Positions 1 through 12,052 of a DNA stretch of 64,000 nt are shown here, piece after piece. The stretch comes from Macrostomum lignano (lineage: Eukaryota): NCBI GenBank assembly GCA_002269645.1, contig NIVC01001677.1, positions 1 through 64,000 on the forward strand, read 5' to 3'. The notes beneath the pieces were generated by a model that was not told the DNA's origin, did no database searches, and saw only the letters and a list, made by a program, of their open reading frames with translations. Each line of letters begins with the position of its first letter. The first letter of the stretch is position 1. The translations under genes were made by a program, and so were the position numbers.

Positions 1-1094
1 GTCGACGCACGGCGACAGGATTGTGCGCCCATGCGCAGCTCCAGGTCGCGCCAGCGCGGATGGCGACCCGAGTGCCGCATTCGAACTTTGACACAGCCGA
101 CGGAGTAAACGAGATTCGAATCTCTCTTTCTGTCCGCCGACTGGGACAACGCCGCTTAGCGGCTCGAGCTCCATGCCAGCCAGGGCTTGCTGTTGATCAC
201 GTGAAAGTACGCGTGGTTCTGAGAATTATTCACCAGGACAGCCTTCTTCACCGTGTCATGTTGAGCGGCACCGAGCCAAACATCACGCGACGATTGACGA
301 ACTGTACGTTTGTGGGCCAAACTTGGCCACGCACTTTAAATTCAAATCGTTTCCGCCCTCGACGTGCAATCGGAAGTAGCCTTCGTCTGGCGCGTTGAAC
401 GACGGCCGAAAGACAACCTCGCAGTCGATGTCTTTGAAAGCTTCGACCACGCCGGCTCGGGCCTGATTGAGAAGGCGGTGTGCTGGCGCTCCTTCAGCAC
501 CGGCTCCCAGCTGAACTCGGCCGGGTGGTTCAGCCGGTTGTACAGGGTGATGACGCCCCGGATTCCAGCCTCAGCTGGTTGGCCTTCGCATGGCACGACC
601 TCGAGCTCTTGGGTGCTCAGCTCAAGCTGTACGGGCACAACTTCGGCCAGAGCGATCACGTGATTTCGATAGTTACCGTTGATCACATAGCTGACGTTTC
701 GTTGGAATCGGCCCTGGAGGGCGGACTCAAAGATTAGCGGCACCAGAGCCTTGGACTTGGGCGCACCACCTGGCTGAGCGGGCTGGAGTGGCGCAGCTCG
801 CGGCAGTCAATCTCCACCACCAGGTGGATGCTCGTCTCAAGGTTGTTCATCACTATCAGCTCGCGGGTGACCACGGAACGAAGGCAGACGACGCCGAAAT
901 CGATGGTGCCGGGGTGATGACAACCTGGTGTAGCTCTTGCGGCCGCAGCAGCATGCGGCACTCCTCCTTCTCCTTCTGGCTCATCGGCACCGCGCCCAGG
1001 CCGTCCTTGGCCGTCTGGTTGGCCGCTGTCTCCTTGACATCCTGGATCTCCTTGGTGCTGAGCAGTTGGAACACTTTGTTTGGCGGCTCAGGAG
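1..1094 (-). CDS. CFAP47: CFAP47 exon 9 (partial, frameshifted in this sequence)
   Basis: ttttgcag acceptor in phase 1. Homology continues to position 1 but changes frame about nine times. Confidence 0.75.
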
Positions 1095-4000
1095 CTGCAA
1101 AACACCGAATTAAATAGCAGGAGGTTACTGCTTTGCTATTTTCTGCTTTTAATGAGCTGGTCAGCAAAAAATAAAAAACAGGTGAAACATCCGCCGCTAA
1201 AGTCAGTAGAGGGTAATTTCGGGAATTAAAAAAACTTTTCTGTTGACAAGCTGACCCACGATATTGTGCAACATTGATTAAAGGTAAACAAACTTCTCAT
1301 ATGGTTTGTGACAATTTCCTGACCATTGTAAACCATTTTCAAGAGTCCCTTCTGGTGACAAATACAACAAATAGCATTGTGTTTAGGTGAAATCTCGATA
1401 CATATTCCGTGAAAAAGTTATGCGCAGAGGGATGGATAAAATTTGAGTAAAAATAAAAAAATCCACAAAAGCCTAGATGAACCTCTAACCTGGCCTGACT
1501 GGATGATAATATGTGAACTTGGCATTCGCTGAAATGCGTTGAATTTGATACAAAATCACATAGCTGAACTTTCATAGCTTTAAAACTGAATCTCATACCT
1601 ACCCAACCGAATCTCAGGCCTACCCAACCGAATCTCATACCTACCCAACCGAATCTCATAGCTACCCCTGGTACCCAACCGAATCTCATAGCTACCCAAC
1701 CGAATCTCATAGCTACCCCTGGTACCCAACCGAATCTCATAGCTACCCAACCGAATCTCATAGCTACCCAACCGAATCTCATACCTACCTAACCGAATCT
1801 CATACCTACCCAACTGAATCTCAGACCTACCCCTGGTACCCAACCGAATCTCATAGCTACCCAACCGAATCTCATACCTACCCAACCGAATCTCAGGCCT
1901 ACCCAACCGAATCTCATAGCTACCCAACCGAATCTCATACCTATCTAACCGAATCTCATACCTACCCAACCGAATCTCATACCTACCCAACCGAATCTCA
2001 TACCTACCCAACCGAATCTCATACCTACCCAACCGAATCTCATACCTACCCAACCGAATCTCAGACCTACCCAACCGAATCTCATAGCTACCCAACCGAA
2101 TCTCAGACCTACCCAACCGAATCTCATACCTACCCAACCGAATCTCATACCTACCCAACCGAATCTCATACCTACCCAACCGAATCTCATACCTACCTAA
2201 CCGAATCTTATACCTACCCAACCGAATCTCAGACCTACCCAACCGAATCTCATACCTACCCAACCGAATCTCAGGCCTACCCAACCGAATCTCATAGCTA
2301 CCCAACCGAATCTCATACCTATCTAACCGAATCTCATACCTACCCAACCGAATCTCTTACCTACTCAACCGAATCTCACCCCTATAACCGCATCTCAGAC
2401 CTACCTAACCGAATCTCAGACCTACCCAACCGAATCTCATACCTACCCAACCGAATCTCATACCTACCTAACCGAATCTCAGACCTACCCAACCGAATCT
2501 CAGACCTACCCAACCGAATCTCATACCTACCCAACCGAATCTCAGGCCTACCCAACCGAATCTCATAGCTACCCAACCGAATCTCATACCTACCTAACCG
2601 AATCTCATACCTACCCAACCGAATCTCTTACCTACTCAACCGAATCTCACCCCTATAACCGCATCTCAGACCTACCTAACCGAATCTCATACCTACCCAA
2701 CCGAATCTCACCCCTATAACCGCATCTCAGACCTACCTAACCGAATCTCATACCCACTCAACCGAATCTCTTACCTACCCAACCGAATCTCATACCTACC
2801 CAACCGAATCTCAGACCTACCCAACCGAATCTCATAGCTACCCAACCGAATCTCAGACCTACCCAACCGAATCTCATACCTACCCAACCGAATCTCATAC
2901 CTACCCAACCGAATCTCATACCTACCCAACCGAATCTCATACCTACCTAACCGAATCTCATACCTACCCAACCGAATCTCAGACCTACCCAACCGAATCT
3001 CATACCTACCCAACCGAATCTCAGGCCTACCCAACCGAATCTCATAGCTACCCAACCGAATCTCATACCTATCTAACCGAATCTCATACCTACCCAACCG
3101 AATCTCATACCTACCTAACCGAATCTCATACCTACCCAACCGAATCTCTTACCTACTCAACCGAATCTCACCCCTATAACCGCATCTCAGACCTACCTAA
3201 CCGAATCTCATACCTACCTAACCGAATCTCATACCTACCCAACCGAATCTCATACCTAACTAACCGAATCTCATACCCACCTAAGTTAAGCTCATACCTA
3301 CCTAACTGAGTCTCATAGCTAATAAATGGAATCTCATCCCGACCTAAACAAATCCCATTGCCATTCAAACGCTTCCCTCGAACTCACGAGGCGTATCAGG
3401 CCGCAGGTCTTCAAGTCCCAGCTTGACAGGCCTCATCCCCATGGCGGGAATCATGCCCATATCTCTGTCATTCTCGAACCGCTTTAATCGCCGGTCCCGC
3501 TGAGACACAATGAGATTCTCCGTTCGCTTTCTCTGGCTATCGGCGTAGCCCTGCTTGTGCTGACGGACGCGCTCTACTTCGGAGTCTTCGTAGGCATAGT
3601 CCGGGTCTACGAAGTTGTGTCGCTTCACTCGGGTGAACAGGGTGCTGCAGTTGGTATGAGGAGGGATGGTTAGGTGCAACTGATCCACTACTGAAGTTTA
3701 GTTTATGAAGTTTAGACTGCTGGGAATATACGAGGCGTACTGTACTTCGGATAGACAGTCCAAGGGGAACTTTAACGACCCAGCGCCAATCCTCACCAAT
3801 AGTCCACGTGCCGCTCCGACGGTCGCAGGCTGGCGGCTCGATCATTCGGGAAGGCGATGCGCGCTTGTTTCCGACGCTTACCGTCGCCGCCGCTGCCCTC
3901 GTCGGCCGAGACGGCGTGCCGATGCAGCCGGGCATTCGTGTGGGCCACCAGCGCCGCCAGCGGAGGCTGCACCGGCCGTTCGTTTAGCTCGTCGAATCGG

Positions 4001-7000
4001 GTGTCGGTGCACAGGCCGACTTCGTTGGCCACCAGCGGGGTGATGCCGGGGTTGAAGCGACCGGCTGGCTGAGTGCCGAACACGCGACAGGAGCCGGAGA
4101 GGCGCATGAACACCTGTGACGGGCGGGAGTGACAAGCGAGGTTGAGATTTGGTTAAAGTCGAGGTGACAGCCGCAAGAGGTTGACAGATAATCCAAGAGC
4201 TACCTTGTCTACTAAAAAACACGGCTAATAGTAGTAGCTTTCATTTTTCACGCCAATTCAAACTGAAGTTTGGAAAATGTTTCTGCACGGTTCTACTATG
4301 TGAGCTCACCGAATGGATAACATCGAGTCGTCTCGTTAGCGGATCTTGCCTATCATCGGCCACCTCGCCGAGTATGCAGATCTCCAATTGGACGTCGAAG
4401 TTGCCAAACTGCCTCGGGCAGAAGGTGACGCTGACTGGCAGCTCGCGGCCTGGCTCAATTTGACCTCGCTCTGGTCTGGCATTGAAGTGGGCGATCTTGC
4501 GGAACGCGAACAGCACCGGTAGGCCGTCCTCGGATTGGTTGGCCAGCGTGAAAGCCGCGTCGGCCGGGTTGTTCAGCTGGACAGCGCCGAAGTTCACCTC
4601 CGGCTTGGGCGAGACTTGCAGAAGGATTGGCAGGGCGGTGCCGGTGAGAGCGACCTCCAGCTGAGTTCGATGCGAATCGGGTGAGGCCGAGTCTGGAGAT
4701 TTGCGGTTTTAATGAATAATTTTTTATTTTAATAGTGTCTTATCATGTTATTAATCGATAATAGTGTTTGCAGTTTCGGTGATAGCAAAACTAGCACATC
4801 GTGACTATCGCACGTGTCTGTGAATCAATGCTTCAGAGTGCCTTCAAAGCTACGCAATCAGCAATGTTTCAGATTGTCTTCAAAGCTACGCAATCAGCAA
4901 TGCTTCAGAGTGTCTTTAAAGCTACGCAATGATTAATGCTTCAGATTGTCTTCAACGCAATCATCAATGCTTCAGAGGGTCTTCAACACAATCATCAATG
5001 CTTCAGAGTGTCTTCAAAGCTACGCAATCAGCAATGCTTGCAATTCGTCAGTTCGGGGTCAAGAAGACTAGTTGAAAGTGTCAAATAACATATCCTCACC
5101 AGTCTGCGTCCCTACAAGCTGAATGTACATAAACAGCGCAAAATCCTGCTTTGGCGGGCTGTCTTCTGTTGTGTGAAACGACCTCTTAGATTTGTACCAA
5201 CGAGGACTGAATCTAAAACAAACCAGAGCTTTCTGGTATGGCGCGATCGTGCCTTGATTGGGAATCATGCAGACCAGAGAGGTCAGCGGGTTCGTGCACT
5301 CTTTGGCCTCGGCCAGGTTTGCTGACTTGTTCACCGGACCCTGCGAGTTGTTGAAAGTGAAGAATTTGCCTTCTTTCCATGAAATTTTCTGTAGTTACCT
5401 CAGTAGAAGGACTATGTTTTTTCAATAAGCGTGAATCTTGCCTCTTTACTCCACCAATCTTTGAGAATCTGCCTCTCCGCTCCCCCTGTCCTTGAGAATC
5501 TGCCTCTCCGCTCCCTCTGTCCTTGAGAATCTGCCTCTCCGCTCCCCTCCTGTCCTTGAGAATCTGCCTCTCCGCTCCCCCTGTCCTTGAGAATCTGCCT
5601 CTCCGCTCCCCCTGTCCTTGAGAATCTGGCTCTCCGCCCCCCTCCTGTCCTTGAGAATCTGGCTCTCCGCTCCTCTCCTGTCCTTGAGAATCTGGCTCTC
5701 CGCCCCCCTCCTGTCCTTGAGAATCTGCCTCTCCGCTCCCCCTGTCCTTGAGAATCTGCCTCTCCGCTCCCCCTGTCCTTGAGAATCTGCCTCTCCGCTC
5801 CCCCTGTCCTTGAGAATCTGCTTCTCCGCTCCCCCTGTCCTTGAGAATCTGGCTCTCCGCCCCCCTCCTGTCCTTGAGAATCTGCCTCTCTGCTCCCTAT
5901 GCTTGAGAATCTGCCACTCCGCTCCATGTCCTTGAGAATCTGTCTCTCTGCTCCCTGTCCTTGAGAATCTGCCTCTCTGCTCCCTGTGCTTGAGAATCTG
6001 CCACTCCGCTCCATGTCCTTGAGAATCTGCCTCTCTGCTCCCTGTCCTTGAGAATCTGCCTCTCTACTCCCTGTCCTTGAGAATCTGCCTCTCTGCTCCC
6101 TGTCCTTGAGAATCTGCCTCTCTACTCCCTGTCCTTGAGAATCTGCCTCCTAGTTTTCTCAATCCTTGAGAATCTGCCTCCTAGTTTTCTCAATCCTTGA
6201 GAATCCGTCATTTTTCACACTCCACACTCACAGACTCCTGTCCGATGGCGTTCTCCTCCAGAATGGACACAAAGCTGACAGGCTCTGGTGCATTGTTGAA
6301 GAGCACTGCCGCCTCAATTTTGTCTGTCCCGTAGAACGCGGAGCCGAAATGCACGCATGGCATCGGCTCCCCGGTGGCCGGGCTCAGTAGCTCCAGTTGG
6401 CGTTCGACTATTTCGCCGAACACGGCAATTTTCTGTGGCTCCGTGCGACCCTCAAGGACGGCGACGACTTCTTCGTTGAATTTGCCGGGCTCTTTGGTGA
6501 TGTAATCGAACTGCAATGCAGTTGGAGAAAGGGTGATGTTTACGGCATGAAACGCTGTATTACTGTCACAACAGGTAAAACTATCTTAATGTGGAAGCGC
6601 AATCTGCTGCCTGTAGAACTGTAACCCAAACCATTCCAAAATCAGTTAGTTGCTATGGTAAGCCTCTCACCCGGACAGGCAGCACTGATTTCGGCGGTAT
6701 CGATCCGTGCGGCGGCAGAATCGACAATGGCCGGCTGCCCGAATATTCGAATCGAAACTCGCCAGGCCTGGAGCCGCGATTGTACAGCTTCACGTTGGTG
6801 GTGACTACCTTGTTTGCCACAACTACTACGCCAAAGCTGACACTGTCTGAGATCTCCAGCACCGGCTGGCGAGGCATCCCCTGGACTGGTACCTGCGTGT
6901 TTTTTAAAACGTAAGATAAAAAACATAAATGGGTTCCTAAAAAACATGTCTTAAGAAGAGCCTTTAGTTAAACGCCTTTAGTCTAATAGGCTTCTATGTA

Positions 7001-8218
7001 CCATGTGATTTTTTTCAATTTTTTACTCTAAAAGTGAAGACACGACATTGAGGCCAGAGTCCTTTGGTTGATTCATTTAACACGGACATCTTTAAGGGGT
7101 AAGAGAAACGAGTCCTCTGTGATGCTCTCTGGCTGGCCGAGAAACTTAATAGTCTAAGTGAAATACTTTATTAATTTTCGATCAGTGGAACATTGGGACC
7201 TCGGAACGATGAAAAGTCAAATAGTACGGTGCTTTAGGATGGTTAAGAATTTCCATTTGGAAGCAGCTGTCAGCAATTAGGAGATTTAAACTGTAAAAAA
7301 TATATCGACTTGCTGCGCGTAACAGATAAACTCTCATACCGGAATAACTTCGCCATCAACTGTGACGATGAGGCGATCACTCTGCGTGTTCTCGTCTGTG
7401 GGCGTGTACTCAATGCAGGCCACGTGGTCCAAACCGGACGCCACATTCTTCTCATGTTCCTTCACTTTTAATGTGAAGATCTAAAATTAGGTGGGGTTTT
7501 TGTAGATTTTTTGCTGCTGGCTACAGACAGAAATCGAGTTAGTACTATACAAATTAGACATCTTATTAATGTTTTGACTTTGGGCCATTAATTAAAAAGC
7601 ATTTATTTAGTAAGAAAATCATTTTTGGCTTTAATTTATACACACTATGTAATTTAATTATTAAAACACATTCATAACTTTTAAGAAAAATATTTATTAT
7701 GCCTATCAATCTTATTTTCTAAAACAAAGCAATATTTTTTGCGATACAACACGAGCCAGTGGCCTTTAGTAGAATACCGAAATCGTTCATTACTGATGGA
7801 CGCATCAGTATGGTTCAACTTTTTTAAAGATAATTACTTAATGACGCAGGTTTCCGAATATACATGTATTTAAGCCTACACCTTTGTACATAAACACCTA
7901 ATGCTGGAATTGCTTGGACTCAGACAGTAAGTCTTTCCTATGCATGTCATGAATATACGAGTTCGTGTGCGCTAAATGCCAGAAATTAAAATATTTCACT
8001 TATTGAGGATTTTTTATTTTCAATTTATTTCGGACAATAGACTTAAAGAATTGCTCGTAAACACTTACCTTATTCTGAGGCGCGTAAAAACGAATCGTTC
8101 GTGTCTTTTCACTGATATTTTTCACAGACACATGGCATTTTTGAGAAACTCCAACATCGCAGTCAAAGAATTGGATGATTCCAGGGTTAATACGGATACC
8201 CTGGATGTCAAGTGCCAT
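1..8218 (-). CDS. CFAP47: CFAP47-like cilia/flagella-associated protein, 5' part (~1,030 aa visible; gene continues beyond position 1). Exons: 8218-8069, 7480-7340, 6892-6671, 6510-6232, 5340-5100, 4692-4310, 4113-3797, 3644-3388, 1094-<1
   Basis: The joined translation follows human CFAP47 as I recall it: SFGVVVVANKV, CVHFGSAFYG...FNNAPEP, PNQGTIAPYQKALVCFRFSP, LEVALTGTALPILLQ, IAFPNDRAAS, LFTRVKRHNFVDPDYAY, LRPQELHQVVI, NHAYF. All eight introns are GT-AG with matching phases (0,0,0,0,1,0,2,1). The last exon is frameshifted (see findings). Confidence 0.9.
1587..3310. repeat. 21-bp minisatellite (cctacccaaccgaatctcata)n, CFAP47 intron 8
   Basis: Direct inspection, ~80 units. Confidence 0.95.
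3388..3644 (-). CDS. CFAP47: CFAP47 exon 8 (CTLFTRVKRHNFVDPDYAY...RPDTP)
   Basis: ctgcag acceptor, C|GTGAGT donor, 257 nt, ends phase 1. Confidence 0.85.
3797..4113 (-). CDS. CFAP47: CFAP47 exon 7 (VFMRLSG...FNPGITP...AFPNDRAAS...HVDY)
   Basis: cacag acceptor, TG|GTGAGG donor, 317 nt, ends phase 2. Confidence 0.85.
4310..4692 (-). CDS. CFAP47: CFAP47 exon 6 (DSASPDSHRTQLEVALTG...LDVIHS)
   Basis: tctccag acceptor, TCG|GTGAGC donor, 383 nt. Confidence 0.85.
4826..5040. repeat. ~36-bp degenerate tandem repeat (aatgcttcagagtgtcttcaaagctacgcaatcagc), CFAP47 intron 5
   Basis: ~6 units. Confidence 0.85.
5100..5340 (-). CDS. CFAP47: CFAP47 exon 5 (GPVNKSANLA...QLVGTQT)
   Basis: tcgcag acceptor, G|GTGAGG donor, 241 nt, ends phase 1. 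Confidence 0.85.
5458..6205. repeat. 24-30-bp minisatellite (tgtccttgagaatctgcctctccgctcccc)n, CFAP47 intron 4
   Basis: Direct inspection. Confidence 0.95.
6232..6510 (-). CDS. CFAP47: CFAP47 exon 4 (FDYITKEPG...ENAIGQES)
   Basis: ttgcag acceptor, TCT|GTGAGT donor, 279 nt. Confidence 0.85.
6649..6662 (+). promoter_or_regulatory. Candidate RFX X-box in CFAP47 intron 3
   Basis: GTTGCTATGGTAAG differs only at the last base from the X-box consensus GTHNYYATRRNAAC. RFX control of cilia genes is established; function here is untested. Confidence 0.3.
6671..6892 (-). CDS. CFAP47: CFAP47 exon 3 (VPVQGMPRQPVLEISDSVSFG...PVR)
   Basis: cgcag acceptor, CGG|GTGAGA donor, 222 nt. Confidence 0.85.
7340..7480 (-). 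CDS. CFAP47: CFAP47 exon 2 (IFTLKVKEHEKNVASGLD...DGEVIP)
   Basis: ttttag acceptor, CCG|GTATGA donor, 141 nt; matches the ASGL...EY motif. This frame is not in the ORF track. Confidence 0.8.
8069..8218 (-). CDS. CFAP47: CFAP47 coding exon 1 (MALDIQGIRINPG...FYAPQNK)
   Basis: ATG at 8218; AAG|GTAAGT donor; 150 nt. Confidence 0.8.
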
Positions 8219-9437
8219 CTTAAATCCACTGGAAGACAAACATGTATATACTTGTTTGCTACATAAAATATTTCTATTCGACACGAGTCAGTTAAAAAAG
8301 CAGTAACATTCAGGGATGCATAGCAACTAGACTATTTTTGAATTCTTAACTAATAGTATTTGAGAATTAGTTTTAAATTAAATATTTTGCACTTATTTAC
8401 CTGTAAAAAGTAGTAAAACGACCATACGATTAAACGCTTTGTTTAGACAGTGCTGATAAATAAAACATTCTATTTTTAAATGAGTAAGTTTCATCCCGTA
8501 AAGTCTTCTTGGAAAATCGGGACCAAACAAAATATGGAACATGCTTTGCCAAACAATGTGTGCGTCAACAAGCATTCTGCCACATTTTAATGTGAGAAGG
8601 GCATGCCTAAAATTCCTATGTGAAATTCAAATGTATTCAAATAACTAAACATTTAACAATTATGATTATGCGAATCCTGCTGCTGGTCACTACAGTTTTT
8701 TAATGTTCCTGATTCCATTATTGTAACTATACCAATGTGCTATGCCCATAAAAATTGAAGTGCTGTATTTTAATGCATTTCACAACTATATTTTATATAC
8801 AACTATGTTTTTAAAAATTGTGCAACTATATTCTACTAGAATATGACAGTGACCTGCTAAAATTAATGTTAGTGAGTTTTTGTTTAGGAATTCTAGCCTA
8901 CTTTGTTCTACTACTAGACATAACTAGTAGTAGTACTAGTACTACTATACTCTATAGTATAAGAATGCTTAGCATCCTGAATCTAAAAATTAGTATCATA
9001 AAATTGATGTATCCTGATTTATTTCAAGAAATGTATAAAATAAACAGTATAGCATTTTCCTTTTAGTTTTGGGTTGGCATTTTTGCAACTTATTTTGACC
9101 AGACCTCTTGCCACCTAGCCAAATCAGCTAGGTCAGCTAGGTATTGAGCATGTATAATGATAATCATGTAGATGTAACAACTTTTTACTTATAAACTATA
9201 ATGAAATAAAAAATAGGAACTTTATTGCTTATATATGAATATCACTTTGATTCATTTTGATTTTCCAATCAGAGTTTGCATGCATATTGCAAAGCAGCTG
9301 TCTGCCCAGTAGGGATGTCAACCCCAGGGAGCTTGTCAGGGAATACTCCCTGGGAATTGGACCAGGGACCCTAGGGAAAAGAAAAAAGCATTTTTAACCT
9401 AATTTTTGCCATTTAAATAAGAAAATGATTCATAGAA

Positions 9438-10125
9438 GGCAGTGCTTATCCCCACGGTACCGTAGGAATAATTTCTATCTTATTCCAACGGTACTGTGTG
9501 AATAATTTTCTGCTTATCCGCACGGCACACTGAGGAGATAGCTGCCCTATCTTCTACATATGCCGTGCGAATAATTTTCTGCTTATCCGCACGGCACACT
9601 GACGAGATAGCTGCCCTATCTTCTACATATGCCGTGTTGTGGGAAGTTTAGTACATACAATTTGAGTGCAGTATAACAACATAACTTGGCTTGAACATTT
9701 GTTGTAAAGAAATAAAGATTTTTTCTATGAGAAAGAATTTTTTTGTGTAGTAACAAATGATTTAAATTAAATTAACTCTAAGAATTGTTTATTATTTAAA
9801 TTTTTAGCAAAGTCTAATCTGATCTCGCCGTGATTTATATAGTCCATTGCCGCTTCCGTAGAATTTTACTACTCATGTGAATTCGCATGATTCATATTCA
9901 TATTGCGGACAAGCAGAAAATTATTCGCACGGCATATGTAGAAGATGGGCAGCTATCTCGTCAGTGTGCCATGCGGATAAGCAGAAAATTATTCGCACGG
10001 CATATGTAGAAGATAGGGCAGCTATCTTGTCAGTGTGCCGTGCGGATAAGCAGAAAATTATTCGCACGGTACCGTTGGAATAAGACAGAAATTATTCCTA
10101 CGGTACTGTGGGGATAAGCAGTGCC
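9438..10125. mobile_element. Non-autonomous Mutator/foldback-like DNA transposon (MITE), 688 bp
   Basis: ~199-bp terminal inverted repeats (9438-9636 and 9928-10125, starting GGCA) built from 69-bp subrepeats; exact 9-bp direct repeat TTCATAGAA on both sides (9429-9437, 10126-10134); AT-rich non-coding core. Confidence 0.85.
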
Positions 10126-11744
10126 TTCATAGAAAGCTAATTGAAACTGTCTATGTGAGGTGGGGGCAGAGGAAAGTTTTCTTGGAATAGGGTGTTTTGA
10201 AAATTTGTTGACACTAGTGAGGTGGGGCGGATGCCACATTTGAATTTCTGCCAGCATTGCATTTGCACTATTAAAGTCAGAAATTGCGCAGATGAATCAC
10301 AACAAATTATTTCCTCCTGTTTTACTCCAACAGCTGGGTTCTCAAGTCCGGGGGGAGGGTAGTCGTAATTGTAGTTGAGCGGTTGTAAGCAGCACGGTCA
10401 TTTAGACTTTAGACTCAATAGTCTAGACACCATAAATCTGTTTTCTGAGTTGCTGAACTGATTACTTTCAGTAGAGTAGCATTGCCACCACTGTAATTGC
10501 GTATTACGGAACGTTGAGATCTCAGAGCTCGTTCGGAGATAAGATTAATTTGGTTGTTTAATGCCCCATGGGCAAATGACTCAAGATAAACTATTAAGGG
10601 GCTTTGATTGACAAATGAACTGTTATTATTGTCAATTAATATTATTATTATTATTAAGCAATATTAAATGTTTAAATAGGAATATTATTAAACAAAGATG
10701 ATCGCGGCAGGTGCTAGGTGCCAATCAACTAACAAAATAATTGAAACGCTAATTAAGTTTTAAACGGCGATTGCTATTGAACTCACTAAGAAATAAATGA
10801 CAGGCAGAATAAACAAATGGATTGAATCAAAAATGCGCACGCAAATGGAGAAAAAAGAACTGGCATCCCGCATTGGCCTTATAAATAGTGAAAGTGTCAT
10901 CCAGACAGGGATGGGGCAACAGATAGGGCAGCAAGGCAAGGGATGGGGCAGAGGATGGGGCTAGGGACAACACTGAAACGTAAACGGAAAATAACAAAAA
11001 ATGACTTCGTCAAAAGATGGGGCAAGGGGTGGCACACTGGGTGACAAAAGAAGTCATAGCAAAATTTCACCACCTGACGAAATCTCGCTCAGACAGTGGT
11101 AGATTGCCCTACCACATATGCTTTTTTACTGCATAAATGCTTATTTCAATGTATTTTTTCAAATGCAACACACATTTGAATGTTTTTTCACTACAAGTCT
11201 TTCAATCAAGCAAATTACATATAGAAACCCATCAGGAAAATGAAGCCTTACTGACTATTATGTTGGTCTACGTTGACAGCTTGACGCATTTAATATAGGC
11301 ACAGTGCTGTGTCCTGTGTCAGTTACTAACACAGGGGATAGCATACAATAACAAAATCTTCCCTATAAGACAAGGAGAAAATGGTGATTGATCTGCAAGA
11401 AATAAAAATTCCAATTATAAAAACAGTCTCATTATCCCTCTACAAGCTATAAGCATAGCTGTTGAGCATGAATTTTCCATCTCCAAAGTCTGGACTCTTT
11501 CTAACAAAGGTGCACACACAATTTGGTGATGCCACATTGTTAAATAAAGTTTTAAATTAACATTGTTTAAAGTTTTTATCCTTGCCCCTTGAACATATAG
11601 TCTAAAGCTTAAATCAAAGTTTAAAAAATGCCACCTAAAATCTATGAGTAAGTTATCCGCTGTTTTTTATTAATTTTTTTCCCATGGGGTCTTCAATAAG
11701 AAAATTCCCTAAGGAATCGATATCCCTACTGCCCAGTATTTTAA

Positions 11745-12052
11745 TTGCATACATGGCAGCAATCTACCCTACCTACTATTTTAATTGTGTGCATGGCAGT
11801 TGGCAAATAGGCAATATAGCAAATTGGACCCTTTCTATCCAATCTCTGAATTGCTATTAACTGAACCTAATTTTATAATTTGTTATTTGTTTTATCCCAC
11901 AACCCACATACAATATAATTTCAATTCATTGCTTTTTTGTTTACTTGAATAATAATTCCTAATAATTTGAACATTATATGATATATTCTTTATAAGATAT
12001 GGCTATTGTACTTATAATGAAAACACTAGGTAGATAGCTGCCATGCATACAA
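11745..12052. mobile_element. Possible small MITE with imperfect 24-bp inverted termini
   Basis: ttgcatacatggcagcaatctacc (11745-11768) versus ggtagatagctgccatgcatacaa (12029-12052); no clear TSD. Confidence 0.3.

Noticed and set aside
9307-11731. 10-bp inverted pair cagtagggat / atccctactg as ends of a larger element
   Set aside because: Too short and no TSD; chance is plausible.
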